The translations under genes and the position numbers were made by a program. The notes beneath the pieces are model-generated. The model was not told the DNA's origin and did not search any database. It was given only the letters and a program-made list of their open reading frames with translations. A stretch of DNA of 44,412 nt from Pirellulales bacterium (GTDB lineage Bacteria > Planctomycetota > Planctomycetia > Pirellulales > UBA1268). Position 1 is the first letter of the stretch. Every line of letters begins with the position of its first letter. This document shows, piece after piece, positions 43,796 to 44,412 of this stretch. The stretch is from assembly GCA_040260935.1 (NCBI GenBank), contig JBDQOY010000337.1, forward strand, positions 1 through 44,412, in the 5' to 3' direction.

Positions 43796-44412
43796 ATGCC
43801 ACCTTCCCATCACTGCCGCCGCTATCGCTCTCTGCCGCTTTCGCGTCGCGGCCTCTTACAGCAGGCCTCCTGTGGCTTCGGTGCCATCGCCGCTGCGGCC
43901 CTGCTGCACCGTGATGCTGCCCGGGCCTCCTCCGGTGTGGTCGACACGCTGCATCATCCGGCCCGCGCGACGAGCATCATCTTCCTCTACATGGATGGTG
44001 GCGTCTCGCAGGTCGACAGTTTCGACCCCAAACCGCGGTTGGCTCAGGACGCAGGCAAGGATCCGCACCGTCTCTTCAAGGTTGATGCCACCCAGTTCAA
44101 CAAGATTGGCACGGTGCTGCCGAGTCCGTGGGCGTTCAAACGCTATGGCGAGAGTGGCATTCCCGTCAGTGATCTCTTTCCACACATCGGTGGTGTGGTT
44201 GATGAGCTGGCAGTCATTCGTTCCATGACCAGCGAATTCCCGGAACACACCAACGCCAACTATTTTTTGCACACCGGCAGTGGCCTGCAGGGGCGGCCGA
44301 GCATGGGGGCCTGGACCACCTATGGACTGGGGAGTGAAAACGAGGAACTTCCTGGCTACATGGTGCTCAATGGCGGATTGATTCCTCCCGGCGGGCTCGA
44401 CAACTTCACCAA
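43796..44412 (+). CDS. DUF1501-domain protein (5' part; truncated by the window edge)
   Basis: Not in the ORF track; translated by hand: MPPSHHCRRYRSLPLSRRGLLQQASCGFG...IIFLYMDGGVSQVDSFDPKP...RPSMGAWTTYGLGSENEELP. Tat-like SRRGLL motif. Confidence 0.92.
   Translation, partial: MPPSHHCRRYRSLPLSRRGLLQQASCGFGAIAAAALLHRDAARASSGVVDTLHHPARATSIIFLYMDGGVSQVDSFDPKPRLAQDAGKDPHRLFKVDATQFNKIGTVLPSPWAFKRYGESGIPVSDLFPHIGGVVDELAVIRSMTSEFPEHTNANYFLHTGSGLQGRPSMGAWTTYGLGSENEELPGYMVLNGGLIPPGGLDNFT

Noticed and set aside
1-44412. Mobile elements, prophage, rRNA or tRNA genes
   Set aside because: No transposase, integrase, phage structural gene, terminal inverted repeats or structural-RNA signatures were recognised by eye.

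Overview
A 44.4-kb, GC-rich, gene-dense bacterial chromosome segment. It is almost certainly from a Planctomycetota (Pirellulales-like) genome, judged by a DUF1559 prepilin-type gene, two PSCyt/DUF1549/DUF1553 + DUF1501 gene pairs, a sulfatase and a planctomycete-style BamA. About 32 protein-coding genes are supported. Envelope: bamA, a GT9 heptosyltransferase and an OprO/P-like porin. Heme: hemX-like/hemA and hemE. RNA metabolism and regulation: an HI0933/YhiN flavoprotein, a YrdC-YwlE fusion beside rpiB, csrA, a beta-CASP nuclease, LOG and miaE. Other: a PhoB/PhoR-like pair, an SNF2 helicase, a CPA2 antiporter, a P1B-5 ATPase and two alpha/beta hydrolases. I found no rRNA, tRNA, CRISPR array, transposase, integrase or phage gene. 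The most interesting leads are all hypotheses: (1) a possible CsrA-centred RNA-control module, made of a csrA-membrane protein-beta-CASP RNase-LOG operon, an orphan terminator with GGA motifs suggesting a divergent sRNA, and a 5x10-bp AGGGA repeat before a cytochrome c/PSD1 gene; (2) a catalytically degenerate YrdC domain fused to a phospho-arginine-type phosphatase; (3) a ~200-aa Pro/Gln insertion with a repeated RGQSP motif in BamA; (4) a structured ~165-nt leader ahead of the DUF1559 gene; (5) a miaE-P1B-5 ATPase pairing. All family assignments come from recognising motifs by eye; no database searches were run.
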